NCBI GenBank assembly: GCA_951406725.2
Contig: OX597815.1
Location: 109,058,001-109,122,000, forward strand
Length of the DNA stretch: 64,000 bases
Reading direction: 5' to 3'
Source: Octopus vulgaris
Taxonomy: Eukaryota
In this document: positions 14,179 through 26,745 of the stretch, in pieces
Layout of the letters: every line of letters begins with the position of its first letter
How positions within the stretch are numbered: the first letter of the stretch is position 1
The notes under the pieces: generated by a model
What the model saw: the letters and a program-made list of their open reading frames with translations, nothing else
The model's database searches: none
Told to the model about the DNA's origin: nothing
Position numbers and translations under genes: made by a program

Positions 14179-15649
14179 TCATACATATACTTATATTAAA
14201 TATACACATATAAATAATTATATATTAATATTTTTATGTTATAATAATACAATTTCATAAAACAATTTCACTTTAAACTGAAGGAATACTCAGTACATTT
14301 GATAGAGAACAAATTCATTATTTAGAATTTCGTCCTTGAATGTAAGAATGTGATAGAATCATTGGTACAAAATAGGAAGGTTTTGTTGTTATTTCTGTAT
14401 GTGGTGCAATATTTTCCAAATAATGTTAAATGCAATACACCTTCGTGTAGTAACAATATTTGAAAGCTCTATCCTCATCTGTGTCACGCTGAATCTCTCT
14501 CTGAGAACTACATTAACGATATACGTGTTTGTGGAGTGCTCAACCACTCACACGTTTATTTCACGAGCAGGATGTTCTGCTGGTCAGGTTAACTGGAACC
14601 ATTGTCGTCGAAACTGACAGAATGCCAGAGATCGAAACCGTAAAAAGACAGAGAAAGACAGGTAGAGATAAATGTGGCGATCTAAAGGGTCAGTTATTCC
14701 TTGTAACAACTTACGCTTTTTTTATTACTGTTTAACAAAATGTTGTCCTTGGGATTTTGATTGATTCTAGTTTCAGCTTATGAGCTGTGGCCATGCTGGG
14801 GCACCACCATTTTCGGATAAATATTTCGGATAACAAATCTTTTTTTTTCTCGAGGACGCACCGTTTCAAGGCCTCAGCATGGCCACAGTCTCAAGGCTGA
14901 CACACGTGGAAGAATAAAAGAATAAAAGGAATGCTTACGCACGTACACATTCATTTATATAGTACTTATGTGTGTGTGTATGCATTCTTCTATAGCATGC
15001 GACCACATATAGAATCAGCCAACTGGGATCTAAGTCACATATAGCACATATTGAAAATAGGGGAACCCCGATAATGTTTCCATGCGGTACAAATTCCGAA
15101 CTAAAGGAGTATAACAGCGGAAACGAAAGAATAGGGAATAGAATAATGGGATTTAGATGGGGAATTAAGGACATAAATTTTTTATACTTTGAACTCCTTT
15201 AAATTGTAGGGTTTTTTTTTTTTGCTTCAGCAGTAAAGCAAAGTATAGGTTTGTATAGGATAAAATACCATTGAGAACCATATTATTTAGTTATTTATCA
15301 AATCTTTAACCTCCTGACTAAATCAATGAACATAAAGTGATAATCAATTTTGAAATATTGAATCAATTTTCAGAGAAAAGTTACTTCCGTTATATCACAA
15401 ACCAACTTCATTTTTATCTTACATGATAGAATTCAAACTGGAATTCATGAACAGCGATTATTTTATATATTTTTATTGAAAAAATATTAAAAAGTTTGTA
15501 CACATCGATATAAAGATACAAAGATGGTAAAGACAAGATTAGACATGAAATGTTATACTGGAAAGCGTCAAAAATTTGTGGATGCTACAGTAAACTTTCT
15601 CTTTTTTTTTTCAAAGTTCTTCAGCCTCAAGAGAGCAATGACTGAGGGA

Positions 15650-15698
<49 letters not shown>

Positions 15699-16397
15699 TG
15701 TGTGTGCGTGTGTGTGTGTGTGTATTTTGCGAAAGGAATTTCTCTCAGAAACTTCTTTCGTAGAAAACAAAATATTGAATATTTGTGGAAAATGAAAAAC
15801 AAAAGCGCAAAATATTCAAATTGATCCTTCACAACAGTGACATTTATTTATATAAACGAATATTTTGTTATGATTAATGTCATGTAATGCTTGTATTACT
15901 GTGAAAGCAGATGAATTTTGACAGTATTTTCACACTTACAAATGCTTTTTTTGTGTGTCCTCTCGCTTAAAACACCGACACACACGCATACATACACACA
16001 AACACACACACACAAGCAAAGAGACACCTACATGCACACGCGCATACATACACATTCATACAGGTCAAGAAAAAGTATATGCTGCAGATACAAAGAAGCA
16101 GAAATGGATCAATAACCAGACTGTGTACATATGCACATGCTTATATATGAGTGATTGGCATAACCGAATATAATCAGTTGCCACTGCCCTTGTGAATGTG
16201 TGTGCTTGTATTTACGACTCAATTTACATCTGTAAGTTTTAAGTTTCATTGCTTCCAACTTTTATTTTCTCAAACTATAGAAGCTTCTTTCTATCCAGAT
16301 TTAATTTTACATACACTTATATAGAATATGAGCCATTTCGATTTATGTATACGCACACACACATATATATGTATATCTAATATATGCCTATCAATAT

Positions 16398-16432
<35 letters not shown>

Positions 16433-16437
<5 letters not shown>

Positions 16438-16840
16438 CAAAATAAGCAACAAGGATATCCAAAGGTAGTGTAGCACAAACGTTTCTTGCTACTTCATTTA
16501 ATTAAACAATGTATTACATCAGTTTTAAAATGTAGAGCACTCTTCAGCCACATATAGAATTTTTAAAATTAAATTAACAATGTTCATTTTTATACTTATT
16601 CCATTTGCCAACATTCCAAAGAGAGTAGGTTTATAGACAGAGAGGTCTGTAATGTTGGCAAATGGAATAAGTATAAAAATGAACATTGTCAATTTAATTT
16701 TTAAAATTCTATATGTGACTGAAGAGTGCTCTACATTTTAAAACTGATGTAATACTTACATTGTTTAATTAAATGAAGTAGCATGAAACGTTGTACTACA
16801 CTACCTTTGGATATCCTTGTTGCTTATTTTGATTATAATC
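16433..16840. mobile_element. Palindromic pLTR-like insert with a hammerhead in each arm
   Basis: ~185-bp inverted arms around a ~30-nt spacer, adjacent to (TA)n. Confidence 0.7.
16714..16800 (+). ncRNA. Type-I hammerhead ribozyme (mirror copy 16469-16552 on minus)
   Basis: tgtga-CTGAAGA-gtgct...agcat-GAAAC-gtt-GTA-ctaca; the minus copy has a better stem I (tgtgg/ctaca) but a GUG triplet. Confidence 0.55.
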
Positions 16841-17164
16841 ACCCCATTTGATTTATATGGATGACACCATACCAAATTCTGGTGCCTTTAACTTAAGTAC
16901 CATATTCATCTGAATCTAAATTTTTGCTGAACTATATATATATATAAGCATTAATGCATGCATTCAATGATATTACTAAGATTCGGTTTTCAAGAAGTAC
17001 CTGTGCAGATAAATAATTTTCGGTGGGTGTAACTTGCACTGCATTACCCTCACCTATTGGCCCAAGATGATTTTCACCGCTGTGACATAAGAATTGACAA
17101 AACCGGGAACTACCAAGGCCTTCGGTTTTACTTTGGAGATTTCTTTCTCTAATGTAGATTAGCA

Positions 17165-17619
17165 TCCCGGCAGTATTTGAACTCAGAACGCACAGACGGA
17201 TGAAATGCCCACGCCAAGCTAACGATTCTTTTCTACTTTCGGCACAAGTCTCGAAATTTCTGGGGAGGGAGCCAGTCGATAAGATCGATCCACTACGCTA
17301 CTGGTACTTAATTTATCAAACCCGAAAAGATGAAAGGCAAAGTCGACCTCGGCGGAATTTGAACTCAGAACGTAAAAACAGACGAAATACCTATTTCTTT
17401 ACTACCCACAAGGGGCTAAAGACAGAGGGGACAAACAAGGACAGTCAAACGGATTGTCGATTACATCGACCTCGGTGCGTAACTGGTACTTAATTTATCG
17501 ACCCTGAAAGGATGAAAGGCAAAGTCGACCTCGGTGGAATTTGAACTCAATACGTAGCGGCAGACGAAATACGGCTACGCATTTCGCCCGGCGTGCTAAC
17601 GTTTCTGCCAGCTCGCCGC
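17165..17619 (-). mobile_element. SINE, same family as 3325-3722
   Basis: Reverse complement of GCGGCGAGCTGGCAGAAACGTTAGCACGCCGGGCGAAATGC and the following body. Confidence 0.75.
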
Positions 17620-17684
17620 ATTAAACATTTATTGTATGTATTTAAATTTTATTTATAATGTCATATGGATTATCGGTGTATTTA

Positions 17685-18098
17685 TTCTTTTATTCTTTCA
17701 CTTGTTTCAGATCATTTGACTGCAGCAATGCTGGAGCACCTCCTTAAAGAGTTTTAGTCGAAGAAATCGTCCCTAGGACTTTTTCAAAGCCTAGTACTTA
17801 CTCTTACCATTCTCTTTGGCTGAACCGCTATGTTCGAGCACGTAAACTCATCAATATTGGTTGTCAAGCGATGGTGGGGTGACAAACACAAACACAAAGA
17901 AACGTTCACAGAGATATATGCATAATATATATATAAGACGGGCTTCCTTCAGTTTCCGTCAACCAAATCCATTCACAAATCTTTCATCGGCCCGAGGTTA
18001 TAGTAGAAGACACTCGCACAAGGTGTCACGCAGTAGGACTGAACCTAGATCTATGTTTTTAGGCAGTAAGCTTCTTACCACACAGCTACGCCTGCGCC
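17685..18098 (-). mobile_element. SINE (AGGCGCAGG.GT.GCTGTGTGGTAAG family)
   Basis: Homologous to 19283-19710(-), 32996-33370(+) and 39328-39731(+). Confidence 0.7.
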
Positions 18099-18599
18099 TG
18101 TATGTCAATGTTGTAAATACATGTACTTCTGCGAATCTTATTCTTTGAATTACAATACGTCCTGTTATTTCACTGTAGTGTCACTTTCTTCTAATAATTA
18201 TATATTTAGCTCAGACAAAGCCTCGTTCTTAAGAAATTAAAGGTAATGCGTTGACCCCGCGATGAAGAAGACAGAGAGTGCATGTTCTACAATAGTTATG
18301 GTTGGGAGCAAGTCATATTTGTGTAATTAGATACGAGGATTTTGTGTAGATTTTTGGTGAAGCCACTCACCGAATGTGATGAATGGGTAATTATAATACA
18401 TTCGCCGAATGTAACACCATCATCTGGGCCTTTATTTACCGACCAGGTCTATAGTGTTATGGTATTACTTCATTTCCCATAGCAGGTTCAGGCAAATCAG
18501 AAAGCAACACCGAATTTCGTTACTCTTCTTTTGATTGAGGTATTGATATACATATATTTTTCTCGTTCAAACTCTAATCATAATTATTTCAGGAAAAAC

Positions 18600-18660
18600 A
18601 TGTGGTATCTTCTGCTTTTAAGCAGTTTATGTATAGCGAACGCACAACTAAGACCGGAAG
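18600..18660 (+). CDS. Gene B first coding exon: signal peptide MWYLLLLSSLCIANA-QLRPE
   Basis: taattatttcAG acceptor at 18592, AAAACATG start context, hydrophobic core with A-N-A cleavage motif, G|GTAAGT donor, phase 1. Confidence 0.85.
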
Positions 18661-19282
18661 GTAAGTAAATTTTATGCTCCTATGTATTCCCCCATACAAG
18701 CATTAATTTATGTACAGAGTATAAAGTCAAGTTGCTATTTAGCGTAGAAACTTCATACATATATGTCGTCATACCTATATCTCCTCAATGTCCAATTGTA
18801 TATCTGTCATCCGTTTATAAACAAGTTTCACTTATTCACAAGTTGTCATTACTATGTGCGTGTTATATACTGTCTTGTTACTCTTTTGTTTACATTGTGC
18901 CCATAAATATTTCACATATTTCATTTGCTTACTTATTTCTGCACTAGGAAAAATAAAAGCAAACGAAAAAACATTTGTATACAGACATAGAAAATTAAAA
19001 ACACATAAGAGGAACGCGATATTACACCAAGAAACACAAACACAAGCTACATAACATAACAAACACCAGAAAAGTAAAATATTGGTGGGTTAATATGCTA
19101 TTACTAAGACCAAAGTCTTGTAACGAAAATTTTCTCACAAATTCGTAAAAAGCTGTAAAAAGTGAATTACATCCAGTGCGTGTATTTTAATTTATTAGAC
19201 AAACTAATTCCAACAAAATCGGCACTTACAATACAGTCTCCTATAAAACACATTACAAATCAAATGCAATCACGAAATACAC

Positions 19283-19501
19283 TCTTTTACTCTTTTACTT
19301 GCTTCAATCATTTGACTGTAGCCAAGCTGGAGCACCGCTTTTAGTCGAGCAAATTGACCCCAGGACTTATTCTTTGTAAGCCTAGTAATTATTTTATCTG
19401 TCAGTTTTGCCGAACCAATAAGTTACGGGACGTAAACACACCAGCATCGGTTGTCAAGCGATGTGGGTGGATAAACACGGACACACAAACATATACACAC
19501 A

Positions 19502-19553
<52 letters not shown>

Positions 19554-19710
19554 CATATATATTACGGGCTTCTTTCAGTTTCCGTCTACCAAATCCACTC
19601 ACAAGGCTTCGGTCGGCCCGAGGCTATAGTAGGCCAAGGCGCCACGCAGTGGGACTGAACCCCAAACCATGTGGTTGGTAAGCAAGCTACTTTCCACACA
19701 GCCACTCCTA
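19283..19710 (-). mobile_element. SINE, same family as 17685-18098
   Basis: Shared body TTCAGTTTCCGTCTACCAAATCCACTCACAAGGCT. Confidence 0.7.
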
Positions 19711-20389
19711 CAAGAATCCAATATCCGTATTTGACAACTTCTGTTGAAATGGGCAGAAAAATTACATATAACGATTTAATGAAATATATGCATATATATG
19801 CATATATATATAAATATATATATGTGTGTGTGTGTGCATTTATGGCTACAGGACATCAACAACAGTAAACAACATTAAATAAGAAAACAAATGAGTTCAA
19901 TACGCAAACAACGAGAGAGACAATTGGAAAACAGGACAAGTAATATAAAAAAAAAACGACCCTTCATCATTTGTTGGATGTCTATCTACTCATTTCGAGC
20001 ACTGAACGACAATATATGCATTTATGCATATATATATATATATATTACAGTAATCTCTCGCCATATCGCCGTTCATTATTTAAGCATGCAGTTTCTTATT
20101 TAAGTTTACATCGATTCCTCTGCGGTTTGTTTTGCATTTATAATAATATATATATATACAAATTATAAAAATAATAAAAAATTATACACTACAATACTGT
20201 TTCTATTTCACAGATTTTCACCTATCGCTAGGGTTCTTCAAAGGTAACACCCGAGATAGTCGTGTGATTATTGTATATGTGTATATGTGTATGTAGGTAT
20301 ATATGTTTGTATGCATATACTTTGGTAAGTTTCGGCCAGAATTGATACAGGCTATGTCTGCCTTACTATCACCACCTGGAAAAAATATA

Positions 20390-21335
20390 CTTAGGGAACC
20401 ATAGCACATTCGAATAAATAAAGAGTTATTATTTACAGAGATATGTTCTGCTGTAGGTGGTTTTCCTGGAATTTGTAAGAGATAGTCGTTCAGCACACTT
20501 TAGAATGTTATGAGATATTTTTCTTGTTCCCTTATGTATCTTGGTATGAGGTTTAAGAGAGCAGGGCTAGTTGATGTGAAATAGTTCTGTTTTAGCGTTA
20601 TGATGTGACGCGTGCATGATTTTTGTAGAAGATAGTTGGAACGGGGTCCCACCCTTGATTGACGTTTTAAGCTGATGTCATCATCATTTGTGCAGAACTA
20701 TTAGAGTATATACTACATCATAGAAATGATATAGTCTTCACGGCAGCGTTAGCGGGAACAAAGTTTGTATTCCTCTATACGATTACAATAATCAAGATCT
20801 GTCATGTGTATTTTCCTTGTGATTAGTCTGCAGGCAGCAGTATTCAAGATAAGGGCGGGCAAATATGGAGAAGAATAAGGGAGAATGGAAGGATAATGTA
20901 ACAGCGTCTCTAGACTGAAAGGTCTTGAGGTTCCAGGAGCTCGCCCTGCGAGTAGTGTCGGATTTGCTGTTGATGTGGGTCCTCCAGAGGTGTTTGGTGT
21001 CACGAGGTTTTCGCTCGAGAGAAGAATGTATAATAGCTAAAGCGCAGTCTCTTTAAGGAGATGGATTAATTCAAATTTACTTTCGTTTAAGTGCATATTG
21101 TGTTTAACTGCCATCGGGTTATTATCGAGGTGAGCCAGTTGGAAATTTGTCCGCTCTCCTGCTCGGTCGACGACTTTCAGAATCTTAGTCATCCGCAAAA
21201 GTTCTAATATTGCAATTGATGAACGCCAATGATGCAATTGATATAAATAATGAAAAAAAAGTGGGCCAAATACAGTACCTTATGGGACTCCACTTATGAC
21301 TCTTGCTGCGCTTGATCGAACACCATCTATCATCA
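20390..21335 (-). mobile_element. Degenerate CR1/L2-type LINE RT fragment
   Basis: Minus strand VISGVP*GTVFGP..FIIYIN and NMHLNESKFELI motifs, with stops. Confidence 0.55.
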
Positions 21336-21389
21336 CACTCTTATATAGATAGATAGATACAGAAAGGAGCAGACAGACAGATATGCAGT

Positions 21390-21422
<33 letters not shown>

Positions 21423-21986
21423 AAAGAAAGAGAGAGAGATAGAGAAAGCGATAACAGAGTGAGAGGCGCGATATAAGAGAATAGTGGTGCTAGCGTGCAA
21501 ATTTCTCTCCCTGATTCTACCTTGAAAACTCGAGCTGATTTCACTAATAATTATTATAATCGTGGGAGCAGTTAAACACCACAACTCTTCATTTACATCT
21601 CTCCTATAAAATGGAAATTTTACAGGAAGTCACTCGAAATTAATGTTTCATATGGGAATGTTGCAACTGTTCTTTTAGGATCTACGTAAACGCCCCTACA
21701 TTGTAAGAGTTATCGATATTGAAATTCTTCCGGCAATTTACATTCTGCGTTCAAATACAGCCGAAATAAACTTTGTCCATCGCCGTTTCGTTTCCGATAA
21801 AAATCAGTACAGGTTCAGTACTAAGGCCGTTTTAATAAACTTCCCCATTCCCAGCCAATTTCTGACCTTGTTCTAAAATTAGAAAGAATATTGGAATGAA
21901 ATCATGTTAAGTATAAATAAATGGGTTTAAGCATAAAATTGTTATTTAAATGATATAATGAAACCCAACTCTTTATATTTTTGCAG

Positions 21987-22034
21987 TGATTAAAGCACCG
22001 TGTGATGTACCGAACAGTTTTAACCGGGTGGTTG
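21987..22034 (+). CDS. Gene B exon 2: (V)IKAPCDVPNSFNRVV
   Basis: ctttatatttttgcAG acceptor, G|GTAAGT donor; 48 nt, phase 1-1. Confidence 0.75.
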
Positions 22035-22064
22035 GTAAGTATTTTTACATAATTAATCTTCATG

Positions 22065-22380
22065 AAGGCATATGACTCAGCGGTATGAGCATCAGCTCAC
22101 AATCATGAGGTAATGAGTTCAATTCTCGGAACGGTCTGTGTTCAAGTTCTTGAGAAAGACACTATACTTCACATTGTTCCAGTTCCCTTTGCTGTTGAAA
22201 TGAGATGCGACATCACTTGCGCTAAACTGTATTGGCCTTTGCGTTTCCCTTGGATAACATCAGTGGAGTGGAAAGGAGAGGTTGTATGCATGGGCGACTG
22301 CTGATTTTCAGAAAAAAATTCTCACCTAGACTTGTGTTTCGGTAGATGACTTGCTAGGAGCAATCCCACGGTCTTTTAGT
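22065..22380 (+). mobile_element. Diverged tRNA-derived SINE
   Basis: GGCATATGACTCAGCGGT...GAGTTCAATTCTC head, body similar to the 56288 family. Confidence 0.45.
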
Positions 22381-22849
22381 CTGCACCATATTTCTTTTTA
22401 TCACTACATATTTAGCTCTCTTTTACTATGGAAGAAATTATATCTGTAATCTATAATCTATAAACCATGAAAACATCAATGGTTGTATGATTAAATGTAA
22501 ATGACCAGTTAATGTGACCCAGCAAAATTAGAGATGAGGTATTTGAGATAATACTTTAACGAAGAATGATAGTATTCAAAATATATGCCTGTGCATAGTA
22601 TACACATGAACATTACAATTTCAAAAATAATAATCACACAAATATATGCAACATATGAATATCTGTGTAATTATCATTTTTGAATTTGTAATATTCAAGT
22701 GTATACTATACACAGATATAAATACACTGATAAATGTATACATAGAAGAGTGTAGGCTCGAAACACCGAAGACTTTTCCATTCTTCCAGAGCGTTAAACT
22801 AATACACCTGTATGTTGTTCTTTCTTCTGTCTTCATCAAATATGCTAGC

Positions 22850-23990
22850 ACCTATCCTCTCCAAGAGAAAGCGCCACTCTTCTCTTTAAGTGTTAAAACC
22901 CAAAAAGATGAGATTTTCTTGCACTTCGCAGATAAGCATTTTCCATGTACATATAGCTTCAGCAGAATATTTAATTGGCACACCCTGAGAATTTCCTTTA
23001 GCTGTGCACCCAATGTAAAAAATATTTTAGTAAGTTGGCCCATACTTGAGACAGAGGCCACTGTAATACAGAGACCGTTGCACAAGAGACATACGTAACA
23101 GCAGGTGGACCAAACTGGCAACCAAACGTGCGAAAGTACGTGGAAGCAACGGAAGGACCCTTCATAATCCGTTATTATAACCTCCTGGAGAGACGTAACG
23201 CCACAACCCTGCCAAGCACATATGGTCATTGAAAAAAGCGCCATCGAGTACAGCATACAGTGGAAAATTCCGGAAAAATGTAAAGCGTATTTCAATACCA
23301 GCAGACAGTGCGGGTTATGCGTGACCGAGAAAAGAGCGAATTCCTAGACATTTACCTGAATAGGAGAAGTGGAATTTTAAACCCTTGCCCACATAGAAGG
23401 AGGTATATTCTATCATAACTGTGAGCCCCATTATAAATATAATTACTGTTCCCCAACTTCACCCCTCCACCAATACCTAGGAGTCCCTCAAAGAGTTCGA
23501 CCAGAACGTAGACTAACTCACTCACATACACATAGACTAACATACACAACCCAGTAAAGAGGACAACTACTCAATAGTCTTTTTCCCAACATCCCCAATA
23601 TAAACTCCCACACATATTGTATCCCTAGACACACCGCATGCATACATAAATTCCCCACAAATTTAAGTAAAACATAAAAGAAAGGAAACACAAACGAACA
23701 CAGATGTATATGTCCTTCATTTCCGGAAAGGCTATACATATAAGTCGTTCACAATTTATCGGACGACTAATTATTGAAATTCCTGTTCATCCTGATGAGG
23801 TGGGGGGTCATTCTCGAGATGCACCTTAACTCGTAATCGAACAGCGGCAGTTAACTCCCGAAGTAGCCATAAATGTGCTTGACTTGATTTTTTGTGGAAC
23901 TTTTTTACGCTCCTGGACTCCAACCAACATTGGTTTTATGAAATAAAATTTTTTAATACATTTCTAATTGAGGGGAGTAAGAACATTTTT
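22850..23990 (+). mobile_element. Penelope-like element 3' relic (linker + GIY-YIG endonuclease + pLTR)
   Basis: FLHFADKHFP..IFNWHTLRISFSCAPNVKNI, QWKI..K...SRQCGLCVTEK and LNRRSGILNPCPHRRRY motifs; degenerate CTGATGA hammerhead remnant at ~23792. Confidence 0.7.
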
Positions 23991-24379
23991 TAGTCGATTG
24001 ATATTTTATTTTAATTAGATTTTTATTCGCATGACACGCTTTAGACTTTTTAGTCTATTGTATACACCTTCTTGATAGGACGTTCTATATATTTGTATTT
24101 TTAATAGCATATATAATTTTACTTTCTGTGTTTTTTATATATGTATTCGTTATATGTTAAAGGCGATGGTAATATTTATATATGGTCAAATGTATGGAAG
24201 CGTGGTGTTATATAAAGTCGTTGACTCGAATTTGATGTTTGTTGTCTAATCAATGTTTTTTTTTTATCTTTGTCTCGATTTCTTTTGAGCACTTCTTTTT
24301 TGCAGTCTTATAAACCCTTTTGTCTCCATAATAAGAGGCAAAAATTTTATCTTATCGTATACATACATACATACATACA

Positions 24380-24490
<111 letters not shown>

Positions 24491-25644
24491 TATGTAACAG
24501 TTTAGCTACGTGTAAATTACATTTAAGGGATATATTAAATATCCGAAGAATTTGCTGGTTTATATTACCTATATCAATAACAATGTTACTCCAATAGGTC
24601 ATTTTAGTAAGATTATTTACTTAGTCATGATTAAGCTCGTTCTTATATAGCGTCTTTGGAAAGATTTAGAAATTGTGAATATTTTCATTTGATATTTTTC
24701 ACCAAATATTTAAGAAGATATGTCAATCTGATGAATCATCATTACATATTTAAACGGATTTGATTATTCTTGAAAAACTTCATTTTATTAATGAAGAAGA
24801 GGTTTTCTTCTAGCTGCTCGTCCATAATACCCAAGCTTATGCAGATATGTAACACACGTTCTTAGACTAACTTTTAGTTGTTTTGCAATGACAGAAGCCT
24901 TCTAACGGGATTCATTTTCCACAATTCTCTTCAAACAGCGAAGCTTCCTTTCCGGGGGCCCAGGTCGGCCGGGACGAGAATCTGTTGATTCTTTTCCTTG
25001 GCTTTTGAATTGCACTATAAATCTATTAACAGTAGCAAGATGAATTTGAAGATTTTCGGTAATTCTTCGCTGGTTAAGACCAGCCTAAGATTGCTCAACA
25101 ATACGACTTCTTTGAAAATCTGATAGTTCTGCTGAATTTTTTGTGCGTGGCATGGTTACTCTTCGCAAATGTTTAATATAATGGCACCTGGAATGAAAAA
25201 ATAATAATTACATTGTAAATTCTACACCTATGAAAATATAGTAAGACGCATATTTCAGAAATATTGAAAATTAAACGTGACTATTTACTTCCTGCATGTC
25301 TGTGTATATGTGACAGTTTAGCTACGTGTAAATTACATTTAAGGGATATTAAATATCCAAAGAATTTACTGGTTTATATTACCTATATCAATAACAATGT
25401 TACTCCAATAGGTAAATTTAATTATAGATTTAAAGTTAGGAATTTACAAAATTTCAGTTAAATTATTTACTTATTTATGATTAAGCTCGTTCTTATATAG
25501 CGTCTTTGGAAAGATTTAGGAATTATGAATATTTTCATTTGATATTTTTCATCAAATATTTAAAACGATATGTCAATCTGATGAAGCATCTTGCATATTT
25601 AAACGGATTTGATTATTCTTGAAAAACTTCCTTTTATTTATGAA
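24491..25644. repeat. ~300-bp direct repeat pair (24491-24797 / 25307-25644) enclosing a Tc1 relic
   Basis: acagtttagctacgtgtaaattacatttaaggg...cttgaaaaacttc occurs twice. Confidence 0.75.
24788..25153 (-). pseudogene. Tc1-family transposase N-terminal fragment
   Basis: [30 protein letters not shown]...SRPGRP...YLHKLGYYGRAARRKPLLH*: paired HTH, GRP and RKP motifs with in-frame stops. Confidence 0.8.
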
Positions 25645-25790
25645 GCGGAAACAGGTGTAATTTATGCGATGTGTTATTAGTTTGTATAAAATATTCAAAT
25701 TGAATTGAATTTATAATTGTTCAATTTATTGTTTTGTTTTTCCATTACTGATTAATATATGTGCGTGTGTATGTATATATATATATATAT

Positions 25791-26002
25791 ATAGGTTGCC
25801 GGGGTTTAATATATATCGGTAAGATTTCAATCTAATGTAATGTTATATTAGTCAATGCAAAGGACAATTTAAATACAGTTTTTTGTATAATGAATAATCC
25901 ATATATTTTGGAAATTTTTAAACGAACCACTTAACTGTTTTTTGTATGTATGTCCTGTATTGTTCTTCTATGTACTGATTTTATAATCATAATAAAGAAT
26001 TA
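25791..26002 (+). mobile_element. 5'-truncated second copy of the Tx1 LINE 3' UTR
   Basis: Reverse complement of 26495-26706 with only 2 mismatches; ends AATAAAGAATTA then ATCGAAAACCGGTG. Confidence 0.85.
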
Positions 26003-26021
26003 ATCGAAAACCGGTGATTGT

Positions 26022-26066
26022 CGTACGCTGATGACGGGTCAAGACCCAGAAACTGCGGTCCGTGCG
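26022..26066 (+). ncRNA. Type-I hammerhead ribozyme of the ~350-nt monomer
   Basis: cgtacg-CTGATGA-c-gggtc-aa-gaccc-a-GAAAC-tgcg-GTC-cgtgcg: 6-bp stem I, stem II, short stem III, GUC cleavage site after 26060. Confidence 0.8.
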
Positions 26067-26249
26067 TATCACTTAGGTTGACGAGGGAAGGATGATCTCC
26101 CTTTGCAAATAACGAAAGGGCACAGAAAGTGTGCCTAAAGCCAGCTGGAGATGTTCTCCTGGGGCTACAAGCTACAGTAACACCCACCCTTAGTGGTAAA
26201 GCCATATAGTGATGGCAAATATACCTCGCAAATATATATCTTTATCTAT

Positions 26250-26328
<79 letters not shown>

Positions 26329-26430
26329 GTAGCCCCAGGAGAACATCTCCAGCTGGCTTTAGGCACACTTTCTGTGCCCTTTCGGTATTTGCAAAGGGAG
26401 GTCATCCTTCCCACGTCAACCTAAATGATA

Positions 26431-26475
26431 CGCACGGACTGTAGTTTCTGGTTCTTGACCCGTCATCAGCATACG
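26431..26475 (-). ncRNA. Type-I hammerhead ribozyme, monomer copy downstream of the full-length LINE
   Basis: Minus strand cgtatg-CTGATGA-cgggtcaagaacca-GAAAC-taca-GTC-cgtgcg. Confidence 0.75.
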
Positions 26476-26745
26476 ACAATCACCGGTTTTCGATTAATTC
26501 TTTATTATGATTATAAAATCAGTACATAGAAGAACAATACAAGACATACATACAAAAAACAGTTAAGTGGTTCGTTTAAAAATTTCCAAAATATATGGAT
26601 TATTCATTATACAAAAAACTGTATTTAAATTGTCCTTTGCATTGACTAATATAACATTACATTAGATTGAAATCTTACCGATGTATATTAAACCCCGGCA
26701 ACCTATAAGGCCCCGCAGCTTTCCTTTCCTCTTCTCCATCCATAG

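Noticed and set aside
13590-16240. GTAAGT donors at ~13605 and ~16232 as gene B 5' UTR exons
   Set aside because: A non-coding upstream exon is implied by the acceptor at 18592 but cannot be located from sequence alone
25795-25818. Apparent phase-1 micro-exon AG|GT TGC CGG...G|GTAAGA (GCRGLIYI)
   Set aside because: It is LINE 3' UTR sequence (inverse copy near 26680-26702) and has no polypyrimidine tract; exonisation cannot be fully excluded
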